Program-made: the position numbers and the translations under genes | Notes under the pieces: model-generated | What the model was told of the DNA's origin: nothing | The model's database searches: none | The model's input: the letters and a program-made list of their open reading frames with translations, nothing else | Assembly (NCBI GenBank): GCA_013265495.1 | Contig: MU058221.1 | Span: 1,736,001-1,800,000 of the forward strand | Direction of reading: 5' to 3' | Source of the DNA: Vicugna vicugna | Taxonomy: Eukaryota | Length of the DNA: 64,000 bases | Shown here: piece after piece, positions 35,100 to 47,959 of the stretch | How the letters are laid out: each line of letters starts with the position of its first letter | Position numbering within the stretch: position 1 is the first letter of the stretch

Positions 35100-35640
35100 C
35101 AGTTAATCTTATTTAGGTCCCAGGGGCCAGGCTACTGAGAAGAAACAAGAACTGGTTAGAACAGAGTCCACGATGGTGGAGGGTTTGACTTCCAGGGGAC
35201 CCTGCCCCTCCTTATAGGCTCACTGTGTGTAGTGCGTCACCATGCTAAATGACACACCCACCAGTGCCATGACAGTTGGTGGTTGCCATGACAACAACCA
35301 GAAGCATCTACACAAGGGCTGAAAAACTCAAGCAAGGACTGACTGGCTCCATCACACCCAGAAGGGGGACATGATGGCAGAAGCCCCCCACAGAAGTCCA
35401 CATGGTCTGACCTGGGATGGAGCTGTCTCTACCAATGGCCCCCTGCTCGAACAGCTTTTCCTTGCTCAAGCTTTTTCTCTCTCTTCTCCCTGCTTGAGCA
35501 TTTCCCTTCCGTTTCCCCTTCAGAGCAACAAAGTGGCTGTTTACTTTGTCCCTCTGCCTCTTTCACAGGCGGCAGCAAGAACCCAGACATTGATGGGCCT
35601 CCTAATTTAAGGTGCACCTCCATCTGCCAACAGGTCCACG
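35100..35640 (+). mobile_element. Diverged MER41-like LTR
   Basis: catgctaaatgacacacccaccagtgccatgacagt..gccatgacaac is shared with the 33.3 and 53.8 kb LTRs. Confidence 0.55.
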
Positions 35641-35687
35641 TATAGTCAGTGAGAGCAATTTTTATTTTTTTTTTGTGTGTGTGTGTT

Positions 35688-36129
35688 TGTTGTCCAACCG
35701 AAGTTCCTGTGCCCAATGCACAGTGAAGCCAAAGAAACCAAAATGCCAGACTCTGGAGCAGAGGAAGGTTTGTTTTGCAAGGGTCAGGCCAGGAGAACGG
35801 TCACCTCATGCTCAACAGACTCAAACTCCCCGGTGGTTTTCAGTGAAGAGCTTCTAATGGCGACATCTGGGGTGAGGGCTGCAGGGTGTGTGACTTTCTT
35901 CTGATTGGTTGGTGATGAGGTAACAGGGTAGCGTCCCAGGGATCTCAAACATCAGCTTCTGGTTCCCACCAGGCTAGGTGCTCAGCACGTGGTCTCCCTC
36001 CTCCACCTGAGTGCGAGCCTTCGTTCAGCTTAAAGATCTGCGTCAGATTACGTGTGACCCACGAGGTAGAACTAAGGCTGTTTTCTCGCTGTCCTATTGT
36101 TTCTTGACTGCTTCTCCTTTGTTCTTTCA
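35688..36129 (-). mobile_element. Artiodactyl ERV1-type LTR
   Basis: TGTTGTCCAACCGAAG..TTTCA termini; ttcttctgattggttggtgatgaggtaaca (antisense CCAAT region). Confidence 0.65.
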
Positions 36130-37449
36130 TATAGATCATAGGACTCCAGATGAGATGGACCTGGTGGCCACCCTTAAGTGTCAGAGGCGAAGAGCACGTT
36201 ATCGCTATGGCAGAGGGCAAAGTCAGGACGGCTGACAGGCGTCTCTGCTCCACAGGGATCTGTGGCAGCGGCGCGTGGGCCTGGCGTTCCCAGCAGTGAG
36301 ATCGGTGGGCGGCCAGCGTCTTGATGACTCGTTCACCCAAAACAAGATCAATGTCTGTTGAGTCGAAGGCGAATGTTGGCTGCCAACAGGACAAATCACA
36401 ATTCCTCGCCTGGTTTCCAGTTCCCAGACTCAGAGTCTACCGATTAAAGGGTCCTCTGAGTCTCCTTGAGAAACGACCCTCTAACGGCACAGAAATAATA
36501 CAACAGAGATTCTCACAATACTTTCCCAAAGGGACTCCAGCCGTTCAGCAGCGTAACAGCTTCCTGGGAAAGGGGGGAGATTCAGCTCTTCCAAAGGCTG
36601 TTGGACATACGACCTAATTTGACATTTGTGTCAGAGGATGTACATGATACAAGGTGATAAATACAGCCCAGTTAAAAGGCTGGTCCATGGCACACGACTT
36701 CACGGATATCACATGGCCCAAGGCGTCCTCACGTCCCTCGTCATTCAACAAGGTAAGACATGAGACAATGATGGGGCAGGGAGGAGCATGTCTGGAACAC
36801 GCAGAATTCCCTGGGATACCCTTTTGATGTTTCCTTGTTTACTGGTAACTGGAAATGGGCAATTGCCATAATCACAACCTAATACAAGTGTCAGAGCCCG
36901 CAGGGTTATCTCGACAAGTCTGGGTTATCCTGAACAAGCAACAGAAAGCAGCGGACGTACGGTCTAAGCACAAGGGAGAGAAGGGAATTCAAAACTGGGC
37001 TGTGGAAGAGTCGTATGAGAAACGTCGATTATGACTTTGGGGCAGCAGGAGTTTAGCTTGTCCCGTTAATCATGAACATGTAACTAATCTGCCAGCGCTA
37101 ATATATGACATCTTTATATGTAGGTTGATACAGAAAGATGTCAATCCTATGACAACAGCCAGAATCTACCTTGAAGCGTCAGGGACAAGACAGATCTACG
37201 TCATTGAAGATCATCAGTGGACAGAGCAAGACGTCTACACCTCAGCGCTCCCGGCTGTCTCTTCACTCTCTCACCTTTGTTCACCCCTAATCTTGGCCTG
37301 ATTTGGCATCTTTGCCCCGTTTTTGTTTTCATATTGAAAAGAGATGATTTTCGCATTAAGGAAATGAGTTCCAAGTTAGCAATACCCAGACGAGAGAGAG
37401 CCACTGACCTCCTTGCTCCTGGTGCCCCTAGAGAAGGACAGCTGCAAAC

Positions 37450-38060
37450 CCCGAGGCCCTGATGCGCCCGCTCCGCTGCCCAGGGGCTTTGGCCGGGCGG
37501 TTGGAGTACGTTTGCCCGTGGCAGAAGCGGACGTCCAGCCGACCCAGCCCGGTAGTTTAAGCTCCGCTGTGCGCGGGCTTGTCCCTCACCTCCTTGCGTG
37601 TGAACCTGAGCGTTTCCAGCCACCCCGGGGGACCGCGTCTTGACTGCGGCGCCGCCCGGGCGCTGCGTGAGAAGCGCCTGCTGGACGGCTCAGGGCAAAA
37701 ACACTCCTTCTGAGCTTCCTTCAGCGCGAATGTGCCACAAAGGGAGCCACAGCCTCCTGGCTTCCCGCAGCGGGAGGCCGGCGGAGAGCTTCGGCCCCTG
37801 AGCAGTGCGCGCAGATCCCACAGCAAAGGCTGCGAGACCTGCCAGCCCAGGCCCGGGGCTCAGCGCAGGCCACGGCTGACAGCTGGCGGCTGCAGCACCA
37901 GGCGGCAGCAGGCCCCCGTCGGTAAGGAAGGACGGCTGAGCCCGACCAAACTGAAGGAAGCCCCGCCACGCTCACCAGCTACAGGCCTCGGCCTCAGCCA
38001 TCAGCCACGCTCCCCGTGACCAGTCGAGAAGGGACATTTCCCAGAGGCCGGCGGGGCCTC
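37450..38060. promoter_or_regulatory. Second CpG-rich island (candidate promoter/enhancer)
   Basis: High GC and CpG density (e.g. ctgcggcgccgcccgggcgctgcg) in sequence with no recognisable repeat. Confidence 0.55.
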
Positions 38061-39193
38061 TCCCTCCTTGTAAAACCTACTGTGTGCCACCTTCTGCCCG
38101 AGTTCTGCAGTTGCATCTTCCTGGGCCTCATTCATGCTTTGCTGGCTCCCCGAAGGTTTTCCAAGGGTGCTTCCCCAGCCCACCTGCAGGGGGCAGCCTC
38201 ACCTGGGGTACCTGGTAGAATGCAGACTCTCAGGCCCCCTTCTACATACTTTCAGAGTCAGAATATCCGAAGGAGCAGCCTTGGTACGTGTACTTCTGAA
38301 AGCAAGATGCTCCGTGAATGGTAATTATATTCTCCTTTGTTTATTCTTCTAGGAAGGAATAAACCACTCCCCAGTTAGCTTGGCTATTAGACTTTTCTTA
38401 TTACACCATCACGGTAACAGAGCCACGAGAGGAGGGATCCTCTGCCCGGATTATAGGAGCATAACTGGATCCTGCAGCTGCTGGTCCCCGGAGATGGTTT
38501 TCTCCTGCTGGGCACGGGGAGGTCGGAACCCCAGCACCAGAGCTTTTGTGACATAACAGATGAGGGCATCAGGGAGTTCCTGGAGAGACGGATAGCGAGC
38601 AAGTCGTTTACTGACCACAGCACAGGGAGAGGAGAGGGGGAATCAAAGCGGAGAGGAAGTAACAATTTATTCCTTAGAAGTGCCTAATGTGATTAGCTTC
38701 TCTGTCTGTGTGTGCGGAGAGGCGAGCAGCTGGAGAGGCTTTTGATCTCCGGCAGCCTGGCTGGAGAATCACAACAGTGGGTGGAGGCAGCCCTCAGATC
38801 TCCCGCTCCGGGCGCGGAGCCTGGAGCTTTGAAGTGCCCCCCGTTCCACCTTTCCTGCTAACTGACGGGCAAGAAGGAGGCCATGTCCCCAGGGCAGCGG
38901 GCGGGCCTTGAAGTTTCCCAAGGCTCGGAGTGAACAGAGATGGGCCAAGTTGCCAGTGATTCAACCTGAATTTCAATGTCTCTCCATCCCTCCTTGGCAC
39001 CATCTCCATCCCAGGCAAATAGCACAGATGTTTATCTGCTCTTCCAGGAAGCCCTCAAAACACTGGATCATACTGTATGCCATAGCTGTCCTCCTCCATC
39101 AAAACTGGCCTGAACCAATTTCCTCAGGGCCTTCGTGTTAAATGAATTCATCCTGGGCACCAATAACGTACAATAATAATACCTAACACTGTC

Positions 39194-39886
39194 AAACCCT
39201 CCTACACTGCTGGTGGGAATGCAGGTTGGTGCAGCCACTGTGGAAAACAGTATGGAGATTCCTCAAAAGACTAGGAATAGACTTACCATATGACCCAGGA
39301 ATCCCGCTCCTGGGCATATATCCAGAAGGAACCCTACTTCAGGATGACACCTGCACCCCAATGTTCATAGCAGCACTATTTACAATAGCCAAGACATGGA
39401 AGCAGCCTAGATGTCCATCAACAGATGACTGGATAAAGAAGATGTGGTATATTTATACAATGGAATACTATTCAGCCATAAAAATGACAACATAATGCCA
39501 TTTGCAGCAACATGGATTCTCCTGAAGAATGTCATTCTAAGTGAAGTAATCCAGAAAGAGAAAGAAAAATACCATATGAGGTCGTGCAAATGTGAAATCT
39601 AAAAAAAAAAAATTACAAAACAGAAACAGACATATAGACATAGAATACAAACTTGTTGCCAAGGGGGCAGGGGGTGGGAAGGGACAGACTGGGATTTCAA
39701 AATGTAGACTAGATAAACAAGATTGTACTGTACAGCACAGGGAAATATACACAAGATCTTGTGGTAGCTCACGGTGAAAAAGAATGTGACAGTGAATATA
39801 TGTATGTTCCTGTATAACTGAAAAATTGTGCTCTATGTTGGAATTTGACACAACATTGTAAACTGACTATAACCCAATAAAAAAAT
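39194..39886 (+). mobile_element. Young 5'-truncated L1 (ORF2 C-terminus, 3' UTR, A tail) with TSD
   Basis: ORF 39226-39495 [75 protein letters not shown]; flanks aataatacctaacactgtcaa (39175-39195) and aataatatctaacactatcaa (39894-39914). Confidence 0.92.
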
Positions 39887-40479
39887 TAATAGCAATAATA
39901 TCTAACACTATCAAGGGCAGCTGTCTGATACTCATAGTAACCCTGTTACAGGGCTGACAATCTCACTTGTTCAAATCATTTAATGGAAGTAACTTACTAC
40001 TTTGCTAAAGGATAACCCATTTGGTGGCCAAGAGAATTATAATGACAATTATCCTAAAATGCCAGCCTCACTTTCCCCAACGTCTGAGATCTCTTTCTGG
40101 AACTTCCTTAAATTGTCCTTGTTTATGTGTTTATAAAAAAGAGTGAAATTTTTAAAAAAATTATATTAGCTCCCTCTTGAAAACTTTGATAAATCAAAAA
40201 TCGTAACAACACAAAACAAAAACAAAATACAGTTGATAATTCAAAATTATTTCTGTATAGTACATAACACAATGTCCCTACTTCAGTTTGGCCTCTTTGT
40301 ATCCAAAGATTTTTTTCAGAGCAAGAAGAAACATACCACCAATGATATTTATTGTTGTTGTGCTAGACCCAGTCCTGGGGCCGGGGTAGGCGATGGATGG
40401 CCAAGGCAGACTCGGTATCTGCCCTCAAGGAACTTACAGTGTAGGTAAGACAGCTTTGAGAGCACTTGATAATTTCCTT

Positions 40480-41560
40480 TGCTATTTCTTCACTGAGGAA
40501 TCATTGACAGGTAACATGATGTCAGTTACAAGTGCACAGCATAGTGGGTCCACATTTGTGTATGTTGTCAAATGGTTATCACCAGTTTCATTAACATCTC
40601 TCACCATATGGGTACAAAATATTTTCCTTGTGATAAAAGTTAGATCTACTCTTTTAGCAACTTTCAAACATGCAAGAGCGTGTTATTAACTGCAGTCGTC
40701 ATTTTGCACATTCACCCCCGAGACTTCTTGACGGTATAACTGGAAGTTTGTACTTTTCGGCCCCCTTCACAAAATTTTCCCCACCCCCATCCCAGCCTCT
40801 GGCAACCACTAATATGGATCTATGACCTCTTTTTTTTTAAGATTCTGCACATAAGTGAAGTTATATGGTATTTGTCTTTCTCTGTCTGACTTATTTCGTG
40901 TAGCACAGTGCCCACGAGGTCCAACCATGTTGCAAATGACAAGCTAGTCCTCATTTTCATGGCTGAATGATTGTTCATTGTGTCCATATGTACCGCATTT
41001 TCTTTATAGCTTTATCCCTCAGCGGACACTTAGGTTGTTTCCGTGTCTTGCTGCTGTGAATGATGTTGGAATGAACACGGATTGCTGGATCACGTGGCAG
41101 TTCCATTTTCAGTGTCTTGAGGAAACGTCATACTGTTTTCCATGTGGTTGGGCCGATTTGCATTCCTATCAAGGGTGCACAAGGGCTCCCTTTTCTCCCC
41201 ACCCGCCTCGACATTTGTTCTCTCTCGTTCTTTGAACGGTGGCTCTTCTAACACGGATGAGGTGCTATCTCTTTGTGGCTGGGATTCACGTTTCTCTGAC
41301 AGGCAGTGGTGTTGGGCACCTTTTCACGTACCTATTGGCTGTTTTTTTGTCTTCTTTGGAAAAATGTCTATTCCGTTTCTCTGCCCGTTCTTAATTGGAT
41401 AATTTTTTTCCTATGAAGTTGTACCAGTTCTTTGTTTACTTTGAACATCAGATATGTGATTTACACATATTTCCCCCCACTTTATAGGCTGCCTTTTCAT
41501 TTGTTGGTGCAGTCTCACTTGTTGATCTTAGCTTTTGTTGCCTTTGTTTTGGGTGCCAAA
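40480..41560 (-). mobile_element. L1 3' portion (L1MA-type, antisense)
   Basis: agatctactcttttagcaactttcaa..gattctgcacataagtgaagttatatggtatttgtctttctctgtctgacttatttc. Confidence 0.85.
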
Positions 41561-41900
41561 CACAGTGTAAGGGGCCCCTGAGACAGTATCAGAGAGACAT
41601 TCACGTTATACAGGTCCCAGACGAAGAAAACAGAGAGAGAGAGAGAAAAGGGCCGAAATGTACCTGATGAAAGTAGGGCTGAACTTCCTGAAACTTAAGG
41701 AGGAAACAGATATCCAGGTCCAGGAAACACAGAGGTCTCCAAACAAGATGGACACAAACAGACCCACACCAGGATGCAGCCTAATTAAAATGGCACAAGT
41801 TAAAGACAAAGAGAGAATTCTACAGGCAACTGGAGCAAAACAAGGAGTCATGTACCAGGGAACCCTGACTACACTTCAATTAAAAACAAAAAAAAAAGGA
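41560..41900 (+). mobile_element. L1 ORF1 fragment ending in an L1 3' terminus plus A tail
   Basis: NFLKLKEETDIQVQETQRSPNKMDTNRPTP..IKMAQVKDKERILQA (ORF1p-like), then ctgactacacttcaattaaaaacaaaaaaaaaa. Confidence 0.75.
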
Positions 41901-42699
41901 AAAGGAAAAAATATCTCGTCCCACCTGTCTTTCCCTACCAGTAGGAGAGAATGCCGTCTATGAAGGATAAGAGTTTTTCCCTGTTTTAACTTTTTCACTG
42001 TGGTCATCACAAACCGTATTCATATACTTACCATCTGAGCCTACGTATTCACACACATACATGCACATGTGTGGATGCACACACGCGCGTGCACACACAC
42101 ACACACACACTGTTCACATTTGCTGTTTTGTACAGCTAGAGTTTAACCCACCCTCCCAGTTCTTTGCTTTGGTAAGAGTGGGTCTTTGGGTCTCAGACCA
42201 GACCACCAGGGAGGAGACTGCTCAAAAGACAAACAGCAGGATCCCTCCAAAATCCTCTGTTCCTGGGATGACTCAGAGCTAAGCTCGCTCTTTCCGCCTC
42301 TGCTTGCAACAAGACTGCAACAGTAGCAGCCCAGAGAGATGTCGGGCGCTTTAAAGGAAATTGTATGCAGTAGAATATTCCTTTTTTTTTTATTAAAGCT
42401 CTTTATCATTCTTATCTTGTTGAACATGTGGGCTGCTTCTGGCTTGCCTTTTTGAATCCACATGGTTGATAGGATCTCCATCTCACTGTGCCTGCTTATT
42501 ACTAAAAGCCCACCGCCAGCATCAGCCACGGTGACGCTCGCAGTGGAGGTCCGAGTCCTGCATGGAAGTCACGTGAGGAGGTCAGGACAGGGTCTGAGGC
42601 GGGACAGCCACGCAGCCTGAGGTCCCGGGTGCCTGGGACCCCTTGTTAGCAGCTTTCTCAAGAAGACCAGAGCTTCCTCTCTCTGTCTCCACCAAGCTC

Positions 42700-43135
42700 T
42701 GTCCTATTTATATTATTTAATCTTTGCAAAAGCCCCGTGGCATAGATATTATCATCCTCATTTACACATAAGACAGTGAGTCTCAAAGATGCCTCATTCG
42801 AGTCAGCTACAGGCAGAACCAGGATTCAAACCTACGTATGTCTGACCTCAAATCTTGCTCCCTTCCCTAATGAGGCTTTTAAGAACAGGAGAAAAAAATT
42901 AGTGGACTGGGGACATCACCATTAAGTAGCTACAGACATTCTGCTTTTGAGCTTCCATGACCTCAGCTCACTTTTTTCACCCGAACACGGTCCTTCATCC
43001 CCATCTGAGATAAGAAGTTCTCTGGATTTGGAATTGGAAGACCAAGCCTCTATAACACGTAAGCTCTGTGATTTTTGAGCAAGTTACCAAGACCTGTACT
43101 TTCTTTGTCTGTGAAATGAAAGGTTTGGCCCAATC
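42700..43135. mobile_element. Two MIR fragments
   Basis: attatcatcctcatttacac..ggcagaaccaggattcaaacc (antisense); gctctgtgatttttgagcaagttac..ctgtgaaatga (sense). Confidence 0.6.
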
Positions 43136-43199
43136 AGTGGTTTCCTATCCATAGACCTCTGGAGGTTGGAGGTGTGGGTGAGGGGCAGCTCAGATGGCA

Positions 43200-44140
43200 A
43201 CCACTTAAATAAGCTAGCGTGGAGATTAAAACACACGCACACACAAATGCAAAATCAACCGCAACTACAATAAACAGTGAAGGGATAAACATAAAGATGC
43301 AAAACATGACATCGAAACCACAAAACGTGGGGCAGGGAAAAAAAAGTCTGTCTTTTAGAATGTGTTGAAATTAAATGGCTACCAGTTTAAAACAAACATA
43401 TATAATTATAGAGCAATATATACATATATAACCTATGGTAATGACAAATCAAAACCTACAATAAAGGAAAAAAAAACCCAGCAATAGACACACAAAAACT
43501 AGAGGGAAAGTGACACTAGTGTATCACTAAAGACGTCAGCAAACCCGAAGGGCAGAAACTAAAAGAAAACAAAGACAGAGGGAGAGAACTCAAAAAAACA
43601 AACAAGTAACAAGATGGCAATAAGCAGACACTGATCAATAATCACGTCACACGTCAGTGTACAAAATGCTCCAGTCAAAAGACATAGGGTGGCTTATTGA
43701 ATTAAAATGAAAAAGACCCATCGTATGTTGCCTACAAGGGGCTCACTTTAGAGCTAAAGAAACACAGAGTGAAAGTGAGGGGTCAGAAGAAGATATTTCA
43801 TGCAAATAAAAATGACAAGAGAGCTGGGCAGCAATCCTCATATCAGGCAAAATAGACTCTAAAGCAAAGTGTGTAACAAAGTACAGAGAGGATATGATTT
43901 AACGATAGAGAAGCCAATACAAGAAGAGGAGGTAACGCTGGTTATCATTCAGGCACCGAGTACAGGAGCACCTAAACTAGACAACACAAATATTAAGGGA
44001 CATAAAGGGAGCAACTGACGCTCACACAACGGCCGTGGGGGAGTCAGCACCTCGCTTACATCAGTGGACAGAGTCAGTCGGGAAACAGTCGTCTCAGAAG
44101 AAGTCCTGACTGTGCACAAACAAAGAGAACTTAAAGGAAC
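43200..44140 (+). mobile_element. L1 inter-ORF spacer plus degraded ORF2 endonuclease region
   Basis: atggcaataagcagacac..aatgctccagtcaaaagacatagggtggc..gaagatatttcatgcaaat..ggagcacctaaa. Confidence 0.8.
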
Positions 44141-44559
44141 ATTTAAACGGGATGCCCTGAGTCCCTCCAAGCGAAATGACTGCCTCCGGGCCATTCCGGT
44201 CCCTCGACTCTCTGACGTTCTCACTGACGTCACTGCCACCCTGAAGGTGGTGAAACTGGTGGTCGCCGCCTAAAGGACATGCACTGAGCATGAGCTGAGG
44301 TTACTGCACCAGGACCTGGTGGCATAAAAGTGACACCGTATGCGGTGAAACTCACCCGTCAGCTCAAGGCTGCCTCTTCAGGCCGTGACCGCCCACTGAT
44401 ACGCAGCCACGCAGCCCCCGCCTCCACACCCGCCGCAGTGACTGCTCTCTGAAGTGAATTTGTTCAATTCTCTTACCCACAGAATGGAAACACCAGGAGA
44501 CAGGGCTCTGTCTGCCTTAAGCCCCACACATCAACCATTCCTGTTTCAGAGGGGGTCCC

Positions 44560-44930
44560 TGTATTCGTCTGCAAGGCTGCCATGACAAACTACCATGAGC
44601 TGGGTGGCCTAACCAGCTGAAATGCGCCTTCCCCGGCTCTGCAGGTGGGAAGCCCAGGACCACAGGGTCAGCAGGGCTGGCTCCTTCTCTCCTTGGCTTG
44701 ATGGTGGTCTTCGCCCTTGGTCTTCACACAGTCTTCCTTCCATATGTGTCTGTTCAAATTTTCTCTTCTTATAAGGACACCAGTCATGCCGTATTAGGAC
44801 CCACTCTAACCATCTCTTTTTAACATAACTGCCTCTTGATAGACCCTGTCTTTGAAGACAGTCCCATTCAGAGGTGCTAGAGGTTAGAGCTTCAACGTAT
44901 GAGTCTGGCAGGGACACAACCCAGCCCAGA
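44560..44930 (-). mobile_element. MLT1A/B MaLR LTR
   Basis: ggctgccatgacaaactaccat..cttcttataaggacaccagtcat..ggttagagcttcaacgtatga. Confidence 0.8.
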
Positions 44931-45410
44931 AAATTGTCCAAAGAATATTTGTTAAATAATCAATGAACACATGGAGAGATGGGTGAGGTGTCCTGAAGGG
45001 ACTCGAGAAGAAGATGATAATGCCTTCTCTAACTCTCCTTTAAAATGACCTAAGAGGACGATGACAGAGGGAAGGAGGTGTCAATGCTAGTCAAGGAGGC
45101 CAGTCAGCACCAGCCTGTCATGTCTCAGGCCAGCCCTGCAGGAGGCGCAGAAGGAACCGCAGACCTCCTGTGAGGCCGAGTCCAGCTTGTCATGGGAAGG
45201 GGTCACACCCACACACAGGCTCAGGCTCAGACTGAGAGGTTTCAGCTTCGTTGTCACCTTTGTCTGTCACTTCTTCTTTCTCGCTCTAGATTTTTTTCTA
45301 AGGAGAGTTTCATTTTCAAAAAGCTGAACTAATTAGGGAAAAGAAATGGCTAAATACCGGTGAACAGAGACCTGGTCCTTTAGGTTGGTTGTCAGGGTTT
45401 GATCAGAGAC

Positions 45411-45553
45411 CAAGAAAGAGAGAAAGAAAGAGAGAAGGAGAGAAAGAGAGGAAAGAAGACAGGAAGACAGGAAGGCAGGAAGGCAGGGAGAAAGAAACAA
45501 AGAGGAAGGAATGAAGGAAGGAAGGAAGGAAGGGAAGAAAGAAAGAAAGAAGG

Positions 45554-45594
<41 letters not shown>

Positions 45595-45827
45595 AAGAAA
45601 GAAAGAAAGAAAGAGAGAGAAAGAAAGAAAGAAAGAAAGAGAGAGAAAGAAAGAAAGAAAGAAAGAGAGAGAAAGAAAGAAAGAAAGAAAGAGAGAGAAA
45701 GAAAGAAAGAAAGAAAGAGAGAAAGAAAAAAAGAAAGAAAGAAAAAGAAAGAAAGAAAGGAAGGAAGAAAGAAAGAAAGAGAAAGAAGGAAAGAAAGAAA
45801 GAGAAAAAGAAAGAAAGAAAGAAAGAG

Positions 45828-45878
<51 letters not shown>

Positions 45879-45894
45879 AAAAAAGGAAGAGAAA
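45411..45894. repeat. (GAAA)n/(GA)n compound microsatellite, ~480 bp
   Basis: Seen directly; it produces the spurious K/E/R- and F/S/L-rich ORFs. Confidence 0.97.
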
Positions 45895-46395
45895 GCAACC
45901 TATTTCCCTGCATTTGACAACTTTCCTCCTGTACTTCTCATTGAAATAACAAAAGAAATATAAAAATAGGGGAAAACCATGAATTGGTGCTACACACATG
46001 TAGGAAACTGCAGAGATGTTTACAAGATAAAGGAGGAGAGACAAGACTGAGAGATCTGCTGGGTTTACCAGCACAGTGGAAGAGACCACCAGGAGAGTGG
46101 TGCCCCCATACCCTGGGGGACCCCCTCTATAAACCGTTGGAGCCCCAGGGGTACAGACAAGGGTGACCTACAGAGCAACTGATGGAGGACAAACTCAGGT
46201 CATATAGCTGCACCAAGGAAATGGAGGGAGGTTTTATTTCCTGTCCCTCACAGTTCAGATTTATTTATGTTTCTGTCATGTGGACCAATTTCATCCCTGT
46301 CTGACTCGTAACTTCACTCCTGTCACCCAGCAAGTAACAGAGGGACTTCAGCTGCCCGCAGAGCCCGACTCACGATCGTCTCTCTTTCCTGAACA

Positions 46396-47222
46396 CAGGG
46401 CTGACTCCAGGGGCATGGAACCCGTGCTGTCCTGGCTCAGATGGGCCCCACACTTGGAAGTTACTGCCCTGCATTCACTGGCTTGAAATTCTCAACAATT
46501 TTATTTTTAAACTTGAGGACTGTGAGCAAATCCGACTAGACCAGGAATGACATCGTGGGACCTTGGGGCAGTGGCTTACATGCAGGCCCTCTTCTAGCCA
46601 CCTCCCCACCTTCCCAGGACAGGTTCTCAGCTGCCAGTTCCTCTGCCCCCAGTGCCCTGCCTGGTCACCCCCCCCCATTGCCATGCCCAGCAATGATTGT
46701 GGACATTTTTCTCTGGTGGGAGGTTTCCCGTGCAGGTACAGAAGGGGTCAGGGACGAGCATACATGGCCCATGGCATCTCTAGGCGGGCATGACAATGAC
46801 TGTCCCGCCCTGGGCTGGCAGTCCCCTGGTGCCTCAGGCAGATCTGCCAGAAGGGAACTTCCCTCCACCACGGATGCACATATGAGTGCTTTCCGGGGCT
46901 GACGATGCACCCCTTGAGGGCGGCCTCTCTGCGGCGGTGCCCCCGCTGGAGCACAGTGCATTGTTCTGGCAACTGGCTGGCAGGAGAGGAACCCCCTGAG
47001 TCAGGGGCGGAGCCTCGGGTGCCCGTGAGGAAGTCCTGCGCTCACCTCGCTGAGACTTGCTGCAGGTGTGCGCTGAAGTAGCAAGTAAACCCATGTGACC
47101 GGCTGAGATGGAGACCTCGGAAAAAAGGCACCTTCACCAGCACCGTTTTTCCTGCTTTTTGAACAAAGGGCCCCACATTTGCATTTTGCGCTAAGCTGGG
47201 CAAATTATGTACCCAGTTCCAC
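46396..47222. mobile_element. MER45-like hAT-Tip100 DNA transposon (long form)
   Basis: Left end cagggctgactccaggggcatg..cttgaaattctcaacaatttt; right end tttttgaacaaagggccccacatttgcattttgcgc..caaattatgta. Confidence 0.65.
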
Positions 47223-47584
47223 CTGCAGGTGTGTGGAATTTACGGGAAGAAAAAATATGTTTCCTTTTGTTTGGGAACTCCTGTTTCCTTTCCTTCCCCA
47301 AGACTCTCCTGTGAGCACACTTTCCCAGAATATTTCCTTGAATGACAATCTGTCAGGACATGAAATGCTCAAGGTTAATTCCCTTTCTTTGCTGTTTTCC
47401 CTCCTTAAAATGTATTTAACCCTGCTAAGAATGTGATGGTGAAATTTTGCACGCTCTTTTCACGCATCTGTTTTTTGCACTAAAACCATCATTTGAAACT
47501 GTGGTCTGTACTGCACCGAAGGTTGCGATTTCCCAAACTTTTCCTTCCTCCCCCCATCAGTATTCTAAGGCTAGAAATTTTCCC

Positions 47585-47860
47585 CAAGGTGACCAAAAAC
47601 TACAGACTTTCAGTTATAAAATAAATAAGTCCTGGGGTGTAATGGACAGCATGGTGACTACAGTTAATAATCCTGTATTTTTTATTTGAAAGTTGTTGGG
47701 AGTAGATCTTAAAAGTTCTCATCACAAGGGAAAAAAATGTAACTTTGGTAATGGATGCTTTCCAGACTGGTTGTGGTGATCACAATATATAACACTGTGC
47801 AACTGAAACTTATATAATGTTAAATGTCAGCTAGATCTCAATAAAAAAGAACAAAAAAAC
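47585..47860 (+). mobile_element. L1MA-type 3' end
   Basis: cagttataaaataaataagtcctggggtgtaatggacagcatggtgactacagttaataat..gtagatcttaaaagttctcatcacaa..ctcaataaaa. Confidence 0.8.
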
Positions 47861-47959
47861 CTTCACTGCCACTTGTTTCAAGAAGGGTGAAAGAATGGCC
47901 CAATTCTCCTTCTCATGTATCCATACGTATCTGCCTCTTGTCGTAAGATTTATGCCCAT

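Noticed and set aside
39226..39495. Clean ORF as a host gene
   Set aside because: It is the L1 ORF2p C-terminus in a 5'-truncated insertion.
45392..46089. 150-228 aa ORFs rich in K/E/R or F/S/L
   Set aside because: Translations of the (GAAA)n microsatellite.
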